The notes under the pieces: model-generated
The model's database searches: none
Seen by the model: the letters and a program-made list of their open reading frames with translations, nothing else
Told to the model about the DNA's origin: nothing
Made by a program: the position numbers and the translations under genes
From: Bacteroidota bacterium
Lineage (GTDB): Bacteria > Bacteroidota > Ignavibacteria > UBA10030
Reading direction: 5' to 3'
Length of the DNA stretch: 64,000 bases
NCBI GenBank assembly: GCA_035499415.1
Contig: DATJYV010000029.1
Coordinates: forward strand, 589-64,588
In this document: one piece after another, positions 37,101-45,033 of the stretch
Layout of the letters: each line of letters opens with the position of its first letter
How positions within the stretch are numbered: the first letter of the stretch is position 1

Positions 37101-39318
37101 ACAGGAGCGGATAGATTCCGTTCCGCATGCATTCCTGAATGCCGAGTTCCACTTTCTTTGAAATCCACTCCGCGGATTCATCCCGCACCGGTCTGTTGGT
37201 GCTCTCGTCCCAGAACTCAAAATCAGTGGCGGTGATCCCTTTGTACTGATGCGTGATGCCGTGCAGGACGATCGTCGCGCCGTTCTTGACCATGTATTTG
37301 AGCGCATCGACAAGCTCCGGCTTGTCGGAGAGACTGACTCGAATGCCCTGGAAGGGGTCGACGTAAAACGGGATGACGCCGACAAGAAACGGAATCCCGC
37401 GGCTCGAAAGATGGTCAGCGACATCGCGAAGCTTGTTGGGGTCATCAAGGGGAGAAACGTCTTCAATGCGGATCAGTGCAGTGTGGGACTCCTCGTGCTG
37501 TTCGTGGAGGATGTCGTGGAGCATGTCCGCAAAAAGAAGGTAGCGATCGGTTTCCGTCGCCGAGGCAAAAGGCGAATCGGCCCAGTACATGAGATTCCCC
37601 GCCTGGATAATGTACGGAATCTCGACCCGCCGACGGTTCGAGTACGCCGTCCCGAGCACACGCGCACGCCGCCGGTTCAGGACGGTGACAAGGTTTGCGT
37701 TCGGTTCCCCTTTGGTGAACGTCTTCCCCTGGTAACGGACGACATCGTAAATGCTGACCGAATCGAGCTCCGTCACCTCGAAACCGTACTGTCTGCGGAC
37801 CCGCTGCGCGCGGCTGAATTCGGCGAAGCCGGTGTTCATCCAGATGACGGGCTTCGTCGTTTGCAGGATATCGTTCGTGAATTTTTCCGGCACCGGATTT
37901 ACGGCATTGAACCCGATGTAGAACGTGTAATCGAACCCGTTCATTTGCCCCGGTACATATTGATTGACGCCGATGACGACGTTGGACGTGTTGAAATGTC
38001 CCAGGAGCTGTTGCAGTTGCCGACCGTCCCCCATCGCGAGGTTGTTCAGGTCCGAGTTTCCTTCGACGACGACGAGCACGTGCTTGGGCGCATCCGGCGC
38101 CGCCCGCATCGGGCCAAAGAGGCCGCACAGAGACAAGCCGAGGGCGAGGACGATCTTGCGAATGCGCCGAGACGGACGGAATTCGCTCACTCTTCTGTTC
38201 GATAGCCCGAGATGCTTCTTGATGAACCCCGCGATCCGTTCGGCTGCGCGCCCATCACCATAGGGATTGACGGCCGACGCCATTTTCGCATACGCGGACC
38301 GGCTTTCAAGGAGTCGACGGGTTTCCCGGACGATTCGCTCCCGTGCGAGCCCCACCAGCCGTACGGTCCCGAAGTCGACAGCTTCGGGCCGCTCCGTGAC
38401 ATTTCGGAATACCAGAATGGGTTTTCCCAACGCCGGCCCCTCCTCCTGCACACCGCCGGAATCTGTCAGGATGAGGTACGAGCGCGCCATGAGGTTTACG
38501 AAGTCTTTGTAATCAAGAGGTTCGATGAGGATGATGTTCGGAATTCCGTCGAGGATCGGATAGACCGTTTCACGGACAAGAGGATTAAGATGAACCGGAA
38601 AGACAAAAAGATGGTCGCCGAACCTGGCCGCAATCTGCTTGACGGCCCGGCACGCCCCCTCCATGGGCGCTCCCCAGTTCTCACGCCGATGCATGGTCAA
38701 CAGGATGATTCTACGTCTGCTGGCAACCGCTTTCCGAACCGCCGCGCTGCCGAATTCGTGGTCGGCGCGCACCGCGAGGTTCAGCGCATCGATGACGGAG
38801 TTTCCGGTCACGTGAATCCGGTCCGGGTTGATGTGCTCACGCAAGAGCGCGCGCCGCGCGGTCTCGGTTGGAGCGAAGTGAAGGTCGGCCAACGCGCTCG
38901 TGAGCCGTCGATTAATCTCCTCCGGAAAAGGGTTCGCCTTGTCCCCTGTGCGCAAGCCGGCTTCCACGTGGCCGACCGGAATGCCACGATAAAAAGCGGC
39001 GAGACTTCCGGCAAACGTCGTTGTCGTATCGCCCTGGACAAGTACCATGTCGGGGTGCTCGCTCTGAAGCACCGGGTCGAGTGCGGCAATTGTCCTCTCC
39101 GTGAGGGCTGCGAGCGTTTGCCGGGGCCGCATGATATTCAGATCGTGGTCGGGGTGGATTCCAAAAACATCCAAAACCTGGTCGAGCATGTGACGATGTT
39201 GGGCCGTGGCGATCGAAACCACCGAAAACAGTTTGGGCTCTTCCCTGAGCCGGAGAATGACTGGTGCGAGCTTGATCGTATCCGGCCTGGTGCCGAATAT
39301 GACGGCGATTTTTCTCAC
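34192..39318 (-). CDS. 1708-aa multidomain membrane protein: UDP-GlcNAc 2-epimerase (WecB-like) - TM - polysaccharide-deacetylase-like (DUF2334/CE4-like) - GATase1/ThuA-like - TIM-barrel glycosidase-like - beta-sandwich domains - C-terminal TM
   Basis: GTG start. Residues 1-375 carry the non-hydrolysing epimerase motifs HVEAGLRTGD and DSGGVQEE. A TM helix (IVLALGLSLCGLFG) follows. Then come IRIEDVSPLDD and LHGITHQY (deacetylase-like), NLLIVPYGSV...DGGNLV (ThuA-like), and GIRAVHVAGWHDYP...ILVYAWLEPP...FDGVNIAELYFEGG (glycosyl-hydrolase-like TIM barrel). The C-terminus has Ig-like repeats and a TM (AIAIFGSAAVTSLFLMYLSL). The antisense ORFs were rejected. Confidence 0.7.
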   Translation of the reverse strand: MRKIAVIFGTRPDTIKLAPVILRLREEPKLFSVVSIATAQHRHMLDQVLDVFGIHPDHDLNIMRPRQTLAALTERTIAALDPVLQSEHPDMVLVQGDTTTTFAGSLAAFYRGIPVGHVEAGLRTGDKANPFPEEINRRLTSALADLHFAPTETARRALLREHINPDRIHVTGNSVIDALNLAVRADHEFGSAAVRKAVASRRRIILLTMHRRENWGAPMEGACRAVKQIAARFGDHLFVFPVHLNPLVRETVYPILDGIPNIILIEPLDYKDFVNLMARSYLILTDSGGVQEEGPALGKPILVFRNVTERPEAVDFGTVRLVGLARERIVRETRRLLESRSAYAKMASAVNPYGDGRAAERIAGFIKKHLGLSNRRVSEFRPSRRIRKIVLALGLSLCGLFGPMRAAPDAPKHVLVVVEGNSDLNNLAMGDGRQLQQLLGHFNTSNVVIGVNQYVPGQMNGFDYTFYIGFNAVNPVPEKFTNDILQTTKPVIWMNTGFAEFSRAQRVRRQYGFEVTELDSVSIYDVVRYQGKTFTKGEPNANLVTVLNRRRARVLGTAYSNRRRVEIPYIIQAGNLMYWADSPFASATETDRYLLFADMLHDILHEQHEESHTALIRIEDVSPLDDPNKLRDVADHLSSRGIPFLVGVIPFYVDPFQGIRVSLSDKPELVDALKYMVKNGATIVLHGITHQYKGITATDFEFWDESTNRPVRDESAEWISKKVELGIQECMRNGIYPLLWETPHYTASTLLYRTIAKYFSSAMEQRLAIENYEYSQMFPYVIKKDIYGQRIYPENLGYVPLDADKNVSRRAVQDIIRGAKANLYVRDGYAACFFHSFLDLDLLDELVEGIEKLGYTFADLTEQKQWVKTKDRVILAGTQDYTITLDDQYLLEAYFDTNGELTKRIVSDVRLKGAITKHITLNPGEFYKAEPTEFHEHEATLAEKVFHRAERAVETVFQSDQDWQEARPAVLWDYHVKGAAYNDQASFVSALRSVNLRVDTIFADQNLNLARYNLLIVPYGSVDSLKDEQYDAITKFVRDGGNLVTDGKNDLAEEFGIHYVQTTQRILHVEDHLFPEEPVAWRNWELVHKFDADEVDETFCSDEQSETPLAIGKRYGKGKVLFLGARFDPTSQEGYSHYPYFVEYVRSYFRLRPVVRRNGLDFFFDPGLRQTYSIEALVKRWVGQGIRAVHVAGWHDYPKLREYREYTYDYGRLIRVAHANGILVYAWLEPPQVSQKFWNQHPEWREKNYKGEDAAPMWRYAMALTDPRCVEAATDEYRRLLLAYDFDGVNIAELYFEGGRGYEDPRVFAPMHPSAQREFRKKYGIDLVKIFDPSSLYYWRENTAVRQEVDDYRVGKLTEVYEILLKMAQDVAASKPGFQTIVTGMDSFGSPELREYYGADMSEIIRLQHKYGFILQVEDPEKLWSTDPSRYASMGAMYQKFVSDSSRLSLDLNILSFRKKDVVTPFPTLIQTGVESYQLVRAASMGARKFTIYCEETVNPQDMMFFPYAAASRVVSSPTAAGYDFESPTSFNLKLPRTVTEISVDGAILSPFRDNEYLIPAGKHEVRFAAGAAGAFSTHALQTRIMSFTGNLEFVSYGMRSASLVYDSGPRAIVSLNAEPTGLTIDGQSVRPTVLKGNDCYSLLLPAGKHSVEIEVGGEFSYGINVTSLWSTTAIAIFGSAAVTSLFLMYLSLKVVGRKKPAARSARR

Positions 39319-39476
39319 AGTCTGCCGTCAGCGACGGTCAATACCCTGTCCACCATGAAATCAAAATAGAGGATTTTTGAAAGGTGTGCAAGTAGAAGAA
39401 CGACGGGAAGAAAAGCGGCCGACTCTCCCGGGTGTTTGAATCCGGGGAGCGGGATGAACCGGCGGGGAAAAATGAA

Positions 39477-39938
39477 TTACTCGGTGACCGTGTAGATTAT
39501 CTTGGGCGTTTCCTGTCCGAGGGTCGACCGGGGAAAATCATAGTCGACATCGATGGTACGGGCCGAAGAGGCATCGCCGCCCGGCGAGAGCGTAATCGAT
39601 TCCCCGCGGGCGACCAACTGTTGAACCGTGACGGTTTGCATTGATGTCCGGGTTTCAACCGTCATGCGCTGCGAGGTGCCGCGATCCAAATCAGCCGTGA
39701 CCTTTGTGGATTGGGAGGGTGACCCTTGAAGCTCGAGAGATGCCCGAACGCCTTCCACAGCGCCGGAGCCCGCAAGCGGAATTGCCCGGGCGTTGCTCAG
39801 AGGGTTGATGACGAGCCGATGAGAGATGCTGACGCCGAAGACCACCTGCTGAACTGCTGAAGAGCGGACCTGACCGTGCGAATCCTGGACGATTCCGGCG
39901 GTTAACATGATCAAGAGTATGGATTTTCGGCAGCTCAC
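39477..39938 (-). CDS. Small secreted Thr/Ser-rich protein, fimbrial-subunit-like (family member 1)
   Basis: 153 aa. N-terminal signal-like segment. C-terminal beta-strand IIYTVTE. 1-nt spacing to the neighbouring gene. Confidence 0.4.
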   Translation of the reverse strand: MSCRKSILLIMLTAGIVQDSHGQVRSSAVQQVVFGVSISHRLVINPLSNARAIPLAGSGAVEGVRASLELQGSPSQSTKVTADLDRGTSQRMTVETRTSMQTVTVQQLVARGESITLSPGGDASSARTIDVDYDFPRSTLGQETPKIIYTVTE

Positions 39939-39939
39939 G

Positions 39940-40497
39940 TTAGTCCGTCAAAGTCAAGGTTACGAGACGTTCGTCTCTGTCGATTCCACCGACGCCGGAA
40001 CCTGCGACAAAGGTGTATCGGATCGACTGGTCTCTGTCGCTCCCCCTGCCGATCCCGGTCACGACATCAACAGGTACGAGGGCCGCTGAAATGTCGACAT
40101 CGCCAACGCTGCTTGCGCGTCCCGACGCGAGGTTGATCTTGAGCCGGGTTCCACTCGGCATGCTTGAGTTGATCGAGGCAACGATTTTCACATTATCGAG
40201 ATTTGTCGCTATGCTGTATTGCGAATGCTGGTCGGAAACGCTTACGTCTTCGCCCGCGTAGACCTTTTGCACCATGAGAGGCGCAGGATTTCCCGTCACT
40301 CTCAGCACTGCTATCGGCCGGACCTCGACCGTTACGATCTGCTTCACGGAGCTGTGAATCGGCTGCGGGAATGCGACCGAAATGATTGACAGGAGGGAGA
40401 GCCCTATGAACGGAAGTCTCGTCAAGGGATGCGATCGATGAGGCAAGAACGCTAAAGATGAAGCGATTGTCAAGTTTGCAATTGGCGCCGGTGGCAT
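39940..40497 (-). CDS. Small secreted pilin-like subunit (family member 2)
   Basis: The C-terminal half (...SVGDVDISAALVPVDVVTGIGRGSDRDQSIRYTFVAGSGVGG..RLVTLTLTD) parallels the 46205/46758 paralogues. The signal peptide is LPFIGLSLLSIISVAFPQ. The start is an ATG (MPPAP) or a TTG further in. Confidence 0.45.
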   Translation of the reverse strand: MPPAPIANLTIASSLAFLPHRSHPLTRLPFIGLSLLSIISVAFPQPIHSSVKQIVTVEVRPIAVLRVTGNPAPLMVQKVYAGEDVSVSDQHSQYSIATNLDNVKIVASINSSMPSGTRLKINLASGRASSVGDVDISAALVPVDVVTGIGRGSDRDQSIRYTFVAGSGVGGIDRDERLVTLTLTD

Positions 40498-40681
40498 GTT
40501 CGATCTTGGGCGAATCATGACCACAGGAAGGACAACAACCATGCCCTCCCGCCAGCTCACGCCGCGAAGGAGCAACGTCGATAACTAATTGCCAATAAGG
40601 ATGTTGGAGAGAGGTGATTCGAAGGGCTGGAAGATGGAGGGATGATCGAATTGTAGTTTCTACAATTCCACAGCTATCAGC

Positions 40682-43600
40682 TCACTGCTCGTGCCCTACT
40701 GACTTGCAGATAGCTTCAGCGGCAGCGCGCGTATTGAATTTCCCGGTAATGACCCGGTAGCGAATCCCAAGGTTGGGGATGTTCACTCGGTCGACAAAGA
40801 CTTTGCGTCCCAGGATCTTTCCCATATGCGACCCTTGGGACTGTGCCTTGGCGCGCGTTTTCCAGGACGATATTTGGACCATAAACTTCTTTGAGGGCCT
40901 ATCGAAGAATATAAGGCAAGGACCGGGCTCGTCCATCTGCGCCTTCGGCTCCTTGACTTGTTCCTGGGGAGCAGGTTGCGGCGCGTTCTCGGGTTTTTCC
41001 GGTTCTATCACCCCTTGCTGGATGATTTTGATGATCCGTTTGCGTGGTAGAATTTTGAAATCGCCCTCCGCGTGAGTTCCGGCCTTCAGCTCCAGGGCAA
41101 GCGAATCCGGTTCCATGCGATGATAGTCGGGAATATCCCCCCCTTCAATTCTGAGTGTCCAACTTCCGGGTCGCAGGTCCCCGAAAACGTACCTCCCGCG
41201 ACTGTCCGTCACGCGTCTGTGAACCTCATCCCCCTGGTATAACGCCATGAAGACTCCGGCCCTTGCTTCCTTCTCGCGATACACCGTTGCACCCAAGGAA
41301 TCCGAAGGTGCCTCCTCGTTCACTTCATACAAAACGACGGTCCCCGATACCTGCGCACTTCGTGTGACGTTGATCTGAACAGGCGTTTCCTCTCCCCCAC
41401 GTACCTCGACTTCGAGCGGCATCGGCTGGAGCGTCACGCGGTCGAGCCCGATGCTCTCTTTGTCGACCTGAACATAGATCGGCCCCGGTTTCACGCCCGG
41501 CAGGTAGAATTCTCCGTTCCCGTCGGTCACTGAAGCCGATTCTCCCGCGTTCACGAGAATATTGGGCAAGCCCACTCCCGTCTCGCCGACGACCCGGCCC
41601 CGCAACGACCCGACCGATCCAATGCGGGCGATGGGGACGTTCAACGGAATGGCATATTCAAGAAGATATGCCGTTTCGCGCGGCGTCACCGCCGGCGTGA
41701 GAAGATTCTGCCGCGCCCGGAGCGTGATCTTGTGGTTGAAGGGGAAAATATGTTCAAGCGAGAATTCGGACAACGTGCTCGTTTGTGGCGTTGCACTGTT
41801 CACCCTGCTGCCAAAAATGTTGAATTGGACCTGCGTCGCCTCCCCAAAAAGCACCCATGCCGATAAGCTGGCCGAGAGCCGCTCTTCTACTTCTCCCGTG
41901 TAAATATCCTGGTCGTTTGAGTACTCGACGGAAGCGCTGTAGTTCTGCGCGGCCGTAGGACGCACCGACGAGAATAGGGATACGTGCTGGTATGGATAAT
42001 TCTTCAGCGCGAGCTTGTCCTCGATGACGCCGTATTCGGAATTCCCGTTGATACTCACGCCGGCGAAATTGAAACCGACCCGCATCTGAAACGTGTTTTC
42101 GCTTCGCCGGTACTTCGGATTTTCCAGCAGATCATCCTGTCCGTCGTAGTGGTAGTAGAAGGACACAAGGTCAAAGTACGAAAGGCCAAGCTGGTAGAAT
42201 TGGTCGCGGGGAGCGTATATTTGATTCGTGTCGCGCGCAAGATTCCGTTCTTCGTCCCGAAAATAGGTTTCGAGCCGGATCGTCTTCGAGATTTGATACG
42301 AAATGCTGCTTGATTTGAAGCTCAGGTCGCGGTAGTATCCTCCGAAGTTCGTCCCTGCATCGATATACCGGATATCGTAGGCGAGCGACGGCTCTGTGCC
42401 GTTGAATCGGAGGGCAACTGCGTCATCGCTCTTCCCTTCCATGGCACCGCGGCCGTATTCGACGTCGACGCTGGAGTTGGTGAATGGATGCGACAGTCCC
42501 CGTAACGTGTAGAGGTCGCTCGAGTATTGATCCCTTCGGTTGAGGTAGTTGGCGCCAAGCTCGTAATCGGGGGAAAATTGATAGCTCACGAACCCTCCGC
42601 CTTCATCCTGCCGCTGGTCGATCCATCGGGTTTTGTCGTACAATCCTCCCACAGAGAACCCGGCGACCGTCGTTCTTGCGCCCGCCCCTGTCGCAAACCG
42701 TCCGCTCTCGGTCAGGGGAGAAAGCGTATAGTTCATGTCCCCGAGCTGCAGTTCCGTCGCACTGTTCACGTACGACAGGTAATATTCATCACGCAAGCCC
42801 AGAGAGGAAATCGATTGCGTCTCCGGTCCCCGCGCGAGGAATGAAAATTTGTCGTCCCGTTTCTCTGACAGACTCCCATAGCCGGATACTTCGAACTGCG
42901 TGGACCGCGCATCCTGCTCGCCCACACCCCGAAGCTTGAGCTGAATGGGATACTCTACGAACTGTTCTTCTCCCTGCGATTCCTGGGAAACAACGTCGGT
43001 CACGACCGAGGCACTCACGGCAACCGTGGAGTCCTGCCTCGAAGTCGCGATGAGCTGAAGGGTTTGATGGACTTTTCCCGCCCCCTTGTCCGTTACGACG
43101 GAGACCGGAATTTCGCGCGTGTCGCGCGGATTGAGTGCGATAACGGGGTCCGGGACCTTCGTCGCGTATCCCTCCGAAGACCTGGCTTCAAGGGTTACCG
43201 TCACCGGAGTGTTTCCGGCGTTCGTCAGGTCGAACGTTGCCGTAAAGGACCGTCCCCCAATGACAAATCGGGGCGCGTCGATGGGTTCGATTTTCAGGAG
43301 GTAAATCGTCTCCACTTTCACGGTTATCTCGGCAGCGGCCTCGTGCGCGGGCGTTGCACGGTCTTTCGCCAGATACCGGAGACGATAGAGTCCCCCCGGT
43401 ACTTCTCCGGGAACTGCAAGGGTCAGAATCCGCGCGTCGTTGGCGCCGGCTTCGAGCGTGAACTGCGACTCGGGAGTCACCAGCCGCCACTTCGTCGGAA
43501 CCTGTACCTGGGGGTCGAAGGTCTGCGTGGAGCCGGTTCGATTCGTGACGACCACGCTGAAGGAAACGATTGAGCCCGGCTTGACCGACAAGATCTCACG

Positions 43601-43732
43601 CGTCCCCGGAACGACGTCAATCTCCCCCTGCGCGCGCGAGAGACGCAGCTGACCGGTCATTGCGACCGCGAGCCCCAGAAAAAAAAACATCCGGCCGTGT
43701 CTGACCGGATGATGTCGTGTCGGTCTCCTCAA
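40682..43732 (-). CDS. Large outer-membrane, usher-like assembly protein: N-terminal Ig-like (CARDB-like) domains, central beta-barrel-like region, two CarbopepD_reg-like domains, C-terminal SPOR peptidoglycan-binding domain
   Basis: 1016 aa. TTG start with a charged n-region, or ATG at M15. The central aromatic-alternating strands are GLSYFDLVSFYYHYDG and FQMRVGFNFAG. GRVVGETGVGLPNILVNAGESASVTDGNGEFYL and VSGTVVLYEV..VTDSRGRYVFGDLRPGSWTL are transthyretin-like folds. The C-terminal FMVQISSWKTRAKAQS...YRVITGKFNTRAAAEA is a SPOR motif. The printed sequence appears 1 nt short somewhere within this gene (the track length is a multiple of 3, hand-counting is not). Confidence 0.55.
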   Translation of the reverse strand: MRRPTRHHPVRHGRMFFFLGLAVAMTGQLRLSRAQGEIDVVPGTREILSVKPGSIVSFSVVVTNRTGSTQTFDPQVQVPTKWRLVTPESQFTLEAGANDARILTLAVPGEVPGGLYRLRYLAKDRATPAHEAAAEITVKVETIYLLKIEPIDAPRFVIGGRSFTATFDLTNAGNTPVTVTLEARSSEGYATKVPDPVIALNPRDTREIPVSVVTDKGAGKVHQTLQLIATSRQDSTVAVSASVVTDVVSQESQGEEQFVEYPIQLKLRGVGEQDARSTQFEVSGYGSLSEKRDDKFSFLARGPETQSISSLGLRDEYYLSYVNSATELQLGDMNYTLSPLTESGRFATGAGARTTVAGFSVGGLYDKTRWIDQRQDEGGGFVSYQFSPDYELGANYLNRRDQYSSDLYTLRGLSHPFTNSSVDVEYGRGAMEGKSDDAVALRFNGTEPSLAYDIRYIDAGTNFGGYYRDLSFKSSSISYQISKTIRLETYFRDEERNLARDTNQIYAPRDQFYQLGLSYFDLVSFYYHYDGQDDLLENPKYRRSENTFQMRVGFNFAGVSINGNSEYGVIEDKLALKNYPYQHVSLFSSVRPTAAQNYSASVEYSNDQDIYTGEVEERLSASLSAWVLFGEATQVQFNIFGSRVNSATPQTSTLSEFSLEHIFPFNHKITLRARQNLLTPAVTPRETAYLLEYAIPLNVPIARIGSVGSLRGRVVGETGVGLPNILVNAGESASVTDGNGEFYLPGVKPGPIYVQVDKESIGLDRVTLQPMPLEVEVRGGEETPVQINVTRSAQVSGTVVLYEVNEEAPSDSLGATVYREKEARAGVFMALYQGDEVHRRVTDSRGRYVFGDLRPGSWTLRIEGGDIPDYHRMEPDSLALELKAGTHAEGDFKILPRKRIIKIIQQGVIEPEKPENAPQPAPQEQVKEPKAQMDEPGPCLIFFDRPSKKFMVQISSWKTRAKAQSQGSHMGKILGRKVFVDRVNIPNLGIRYRVITGKFNTRAAAEAICKSVGHEQ
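43678..43687. repeat. Homopolymeric A9/T9 tract inside the 5' end of the usher-like gene (codons FFF)
   Basis: cagAAAAAAAAAcat on the plus strand, i.e. ATG TTT TTT TTT CTG on the coding strand. Unusual in a 60% GC genome. Coordinates approximate. Confidence 0.8.
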
Positions 43733-43741
43733 GGCAGTCTT

Positions 43742-44569
43742 TCAAAACTTCAGGACGTACTCTGCGCCGAAAATGTCGTCCCCTCCCGCATCGACCACGA
43801 CGCGCGCCTTGTAATTGCCGGGGGTGACGCTGCTGACGTCGATCGTCTGCCGCACGGATGTCCCTGGATAAATGCGGTATTTTACTCCCTCGAATTTACC
43901 GCGCGCAACCCCTTTCTCATCGAACAAATCGACGGTGACATCGGGACGCATGACGAGCTCCCCCGTATTTTCAATATCGATCTGGAGCGCCCTCTTCCCT
44001 TCTTCCTTCGCAACCAGCTTGGCGCCGATGAAATTAACTTTCTTCGTGCCGGTGTTCGCAATCGACGTGGCGATCTGGATCCCGTACCGGATCGTCTGCA
44101 TGATCCCCATCTGCGCCTTCGTGTCCTTTTGTCGAAGGGAAGACTCGGCGGAGCCCTTCTGAATTCCCTCGACCATCAGCATGCTCCAGTAGGTTCCAAT
44201 CAGGGGCTTCCCTGTCAGATCCTTGGGGACAGCCACCGAATAGTCGATCGCCATGGTGGACGCCGGCGGCAGGGTCAGGTAGGCGGGGCTGAAGGTCACC
44301 CACTTTGCGTTCGAGCGGGGCATCGACCCGGGATCACCGTAGTTATTCGTTCCGGAATAATGAAACGTGTAGTCCGTTTGATAAACCTTCGCTTCCTGCG
44401 GCTCGTTCGTGTCGTTCCGGATGATGATTGAACCCGTATACGTTTCGCCAGGCCTCGCCATCTTGTCCTGGCTGAGCTCGCCGATGACCGAAACTTGTCC
44501 CAAGAGAAAATTCGGGACAAGGAAAAGGAAAAAGAGGGCTGTTCGTTTGAGGAGGAGGGAGAGAGTCAT
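43742..44569 (-). CDS. Periplasmic Ig-fold protein, candidate chaperone-like partner of the small subunits
   Basis: Signal peptide MTLSLLLKRTALFFLFLVPNFLLGQ (the longest ORF starts at 44647). Two beta-sandwich-like halves. The N-terminal I.I.N....P pattern is reminiscent of PapD-like N-domains. Same reading frame as the usher-like gene, separated by TGA plus 3 codons. Confidence 0.35.
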   Translation of the reverse strand: MTLSLLLKRTALFFLFLVPNFLLGQVSVIGELSQDKMARPGETYTGSIIIRNDTNEPQEAKVYQTDYTFHYSGTNNYGDPGSMPRSNAKWVTFSPAYLTLPPASTMAIDYSVAVPKDLTGKPLIGTYWSMLMVEGIQKGSAESSLRQKDTKAQMGIMQTIRYGIQIATSIANTGTKKVNFIGAKLVAKEEGKRALQIDIENTGELVMRPDVTVDLFDEKGVARGKFEGVKYRIYPGTSVRQTIDVSSVTPGNYKARVVVDAGGDDIFGAEYVLKF

Positions 44570-44576
44570 AATGTTC

Positions 44577-45029
44577 CTATTGAGCGACGAGTGTGTAGGT
44601 GATTGTATGGACATCGTTGCCGAGTTCGGCGCTGTTGCCTTGTTCAAATGTTGCCGATGCGGAGTACTTCAGGGTCGCTGTGGCATTCGTTGTCCCCGTG
44701 GCGGGGATGTTCGTGATGAAATCGGCGGCAGCCATTCCGTTCGTCAATGTCACGGCAGGGGACGCAACTCCTTTCGTCGGACTCACGGCAACCACAGAAA
44801 GCGAAAAACTCTGGCCCGAGCAAACGGTTGCCACAGTGACCTTTGAGATGGCCGTTTGCTTCTTGTATGTCAAGGTGCAGGAAGAATTTGTCACAGCGGC
44901 GGGTTCAGAGCCCGCGACTCCGGTAGTTATAGAGAGCGTCTTATTACCTCCGGAAATGCTGATTTGTTGAGCTGAGGCGCTTGACAGAAGCAATGCGACT
45001 GCGGGTAAGAGGAGCAAGAGCTTGTGCAC
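44577..45029 (-). CDS. Small secreted pilin-like subunit (family member 3)
   Basis: GTG start gives the signal peptide MHKLLLLLPAVALLLSSASAQQ (the longest ORF starts at 45143). Two Cys. C-terminal strand HTITYTLVAQ. Confidence 0.45.
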   Translation of the reverse strand: MHKLLLLLPAVALLLSSASAQQISISGGNKTLSITTGVAGSEPAAVTNSSCTLTYKKQTAISKVTVATVCSGQSFSLSVVAVSPTKGVASPAVTLTNGMAAADFITNIPATGTTNATATLKYSASATFEQGNSAELGNDVHTITYTLVAQ

Positions 45030-45033
45030 GGCT

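Noticed and set aside
36055-39369. Several 300-385-aa plus-strand ORFs (36055..37077, 37249..38205, 38212..39369) inside the 1708-aa gene
   Set aside because: They are antisense frames of a GC-rich coding region (R/P/D-rich, no domains). The minus-strand ORF is continuous and domain-rich.
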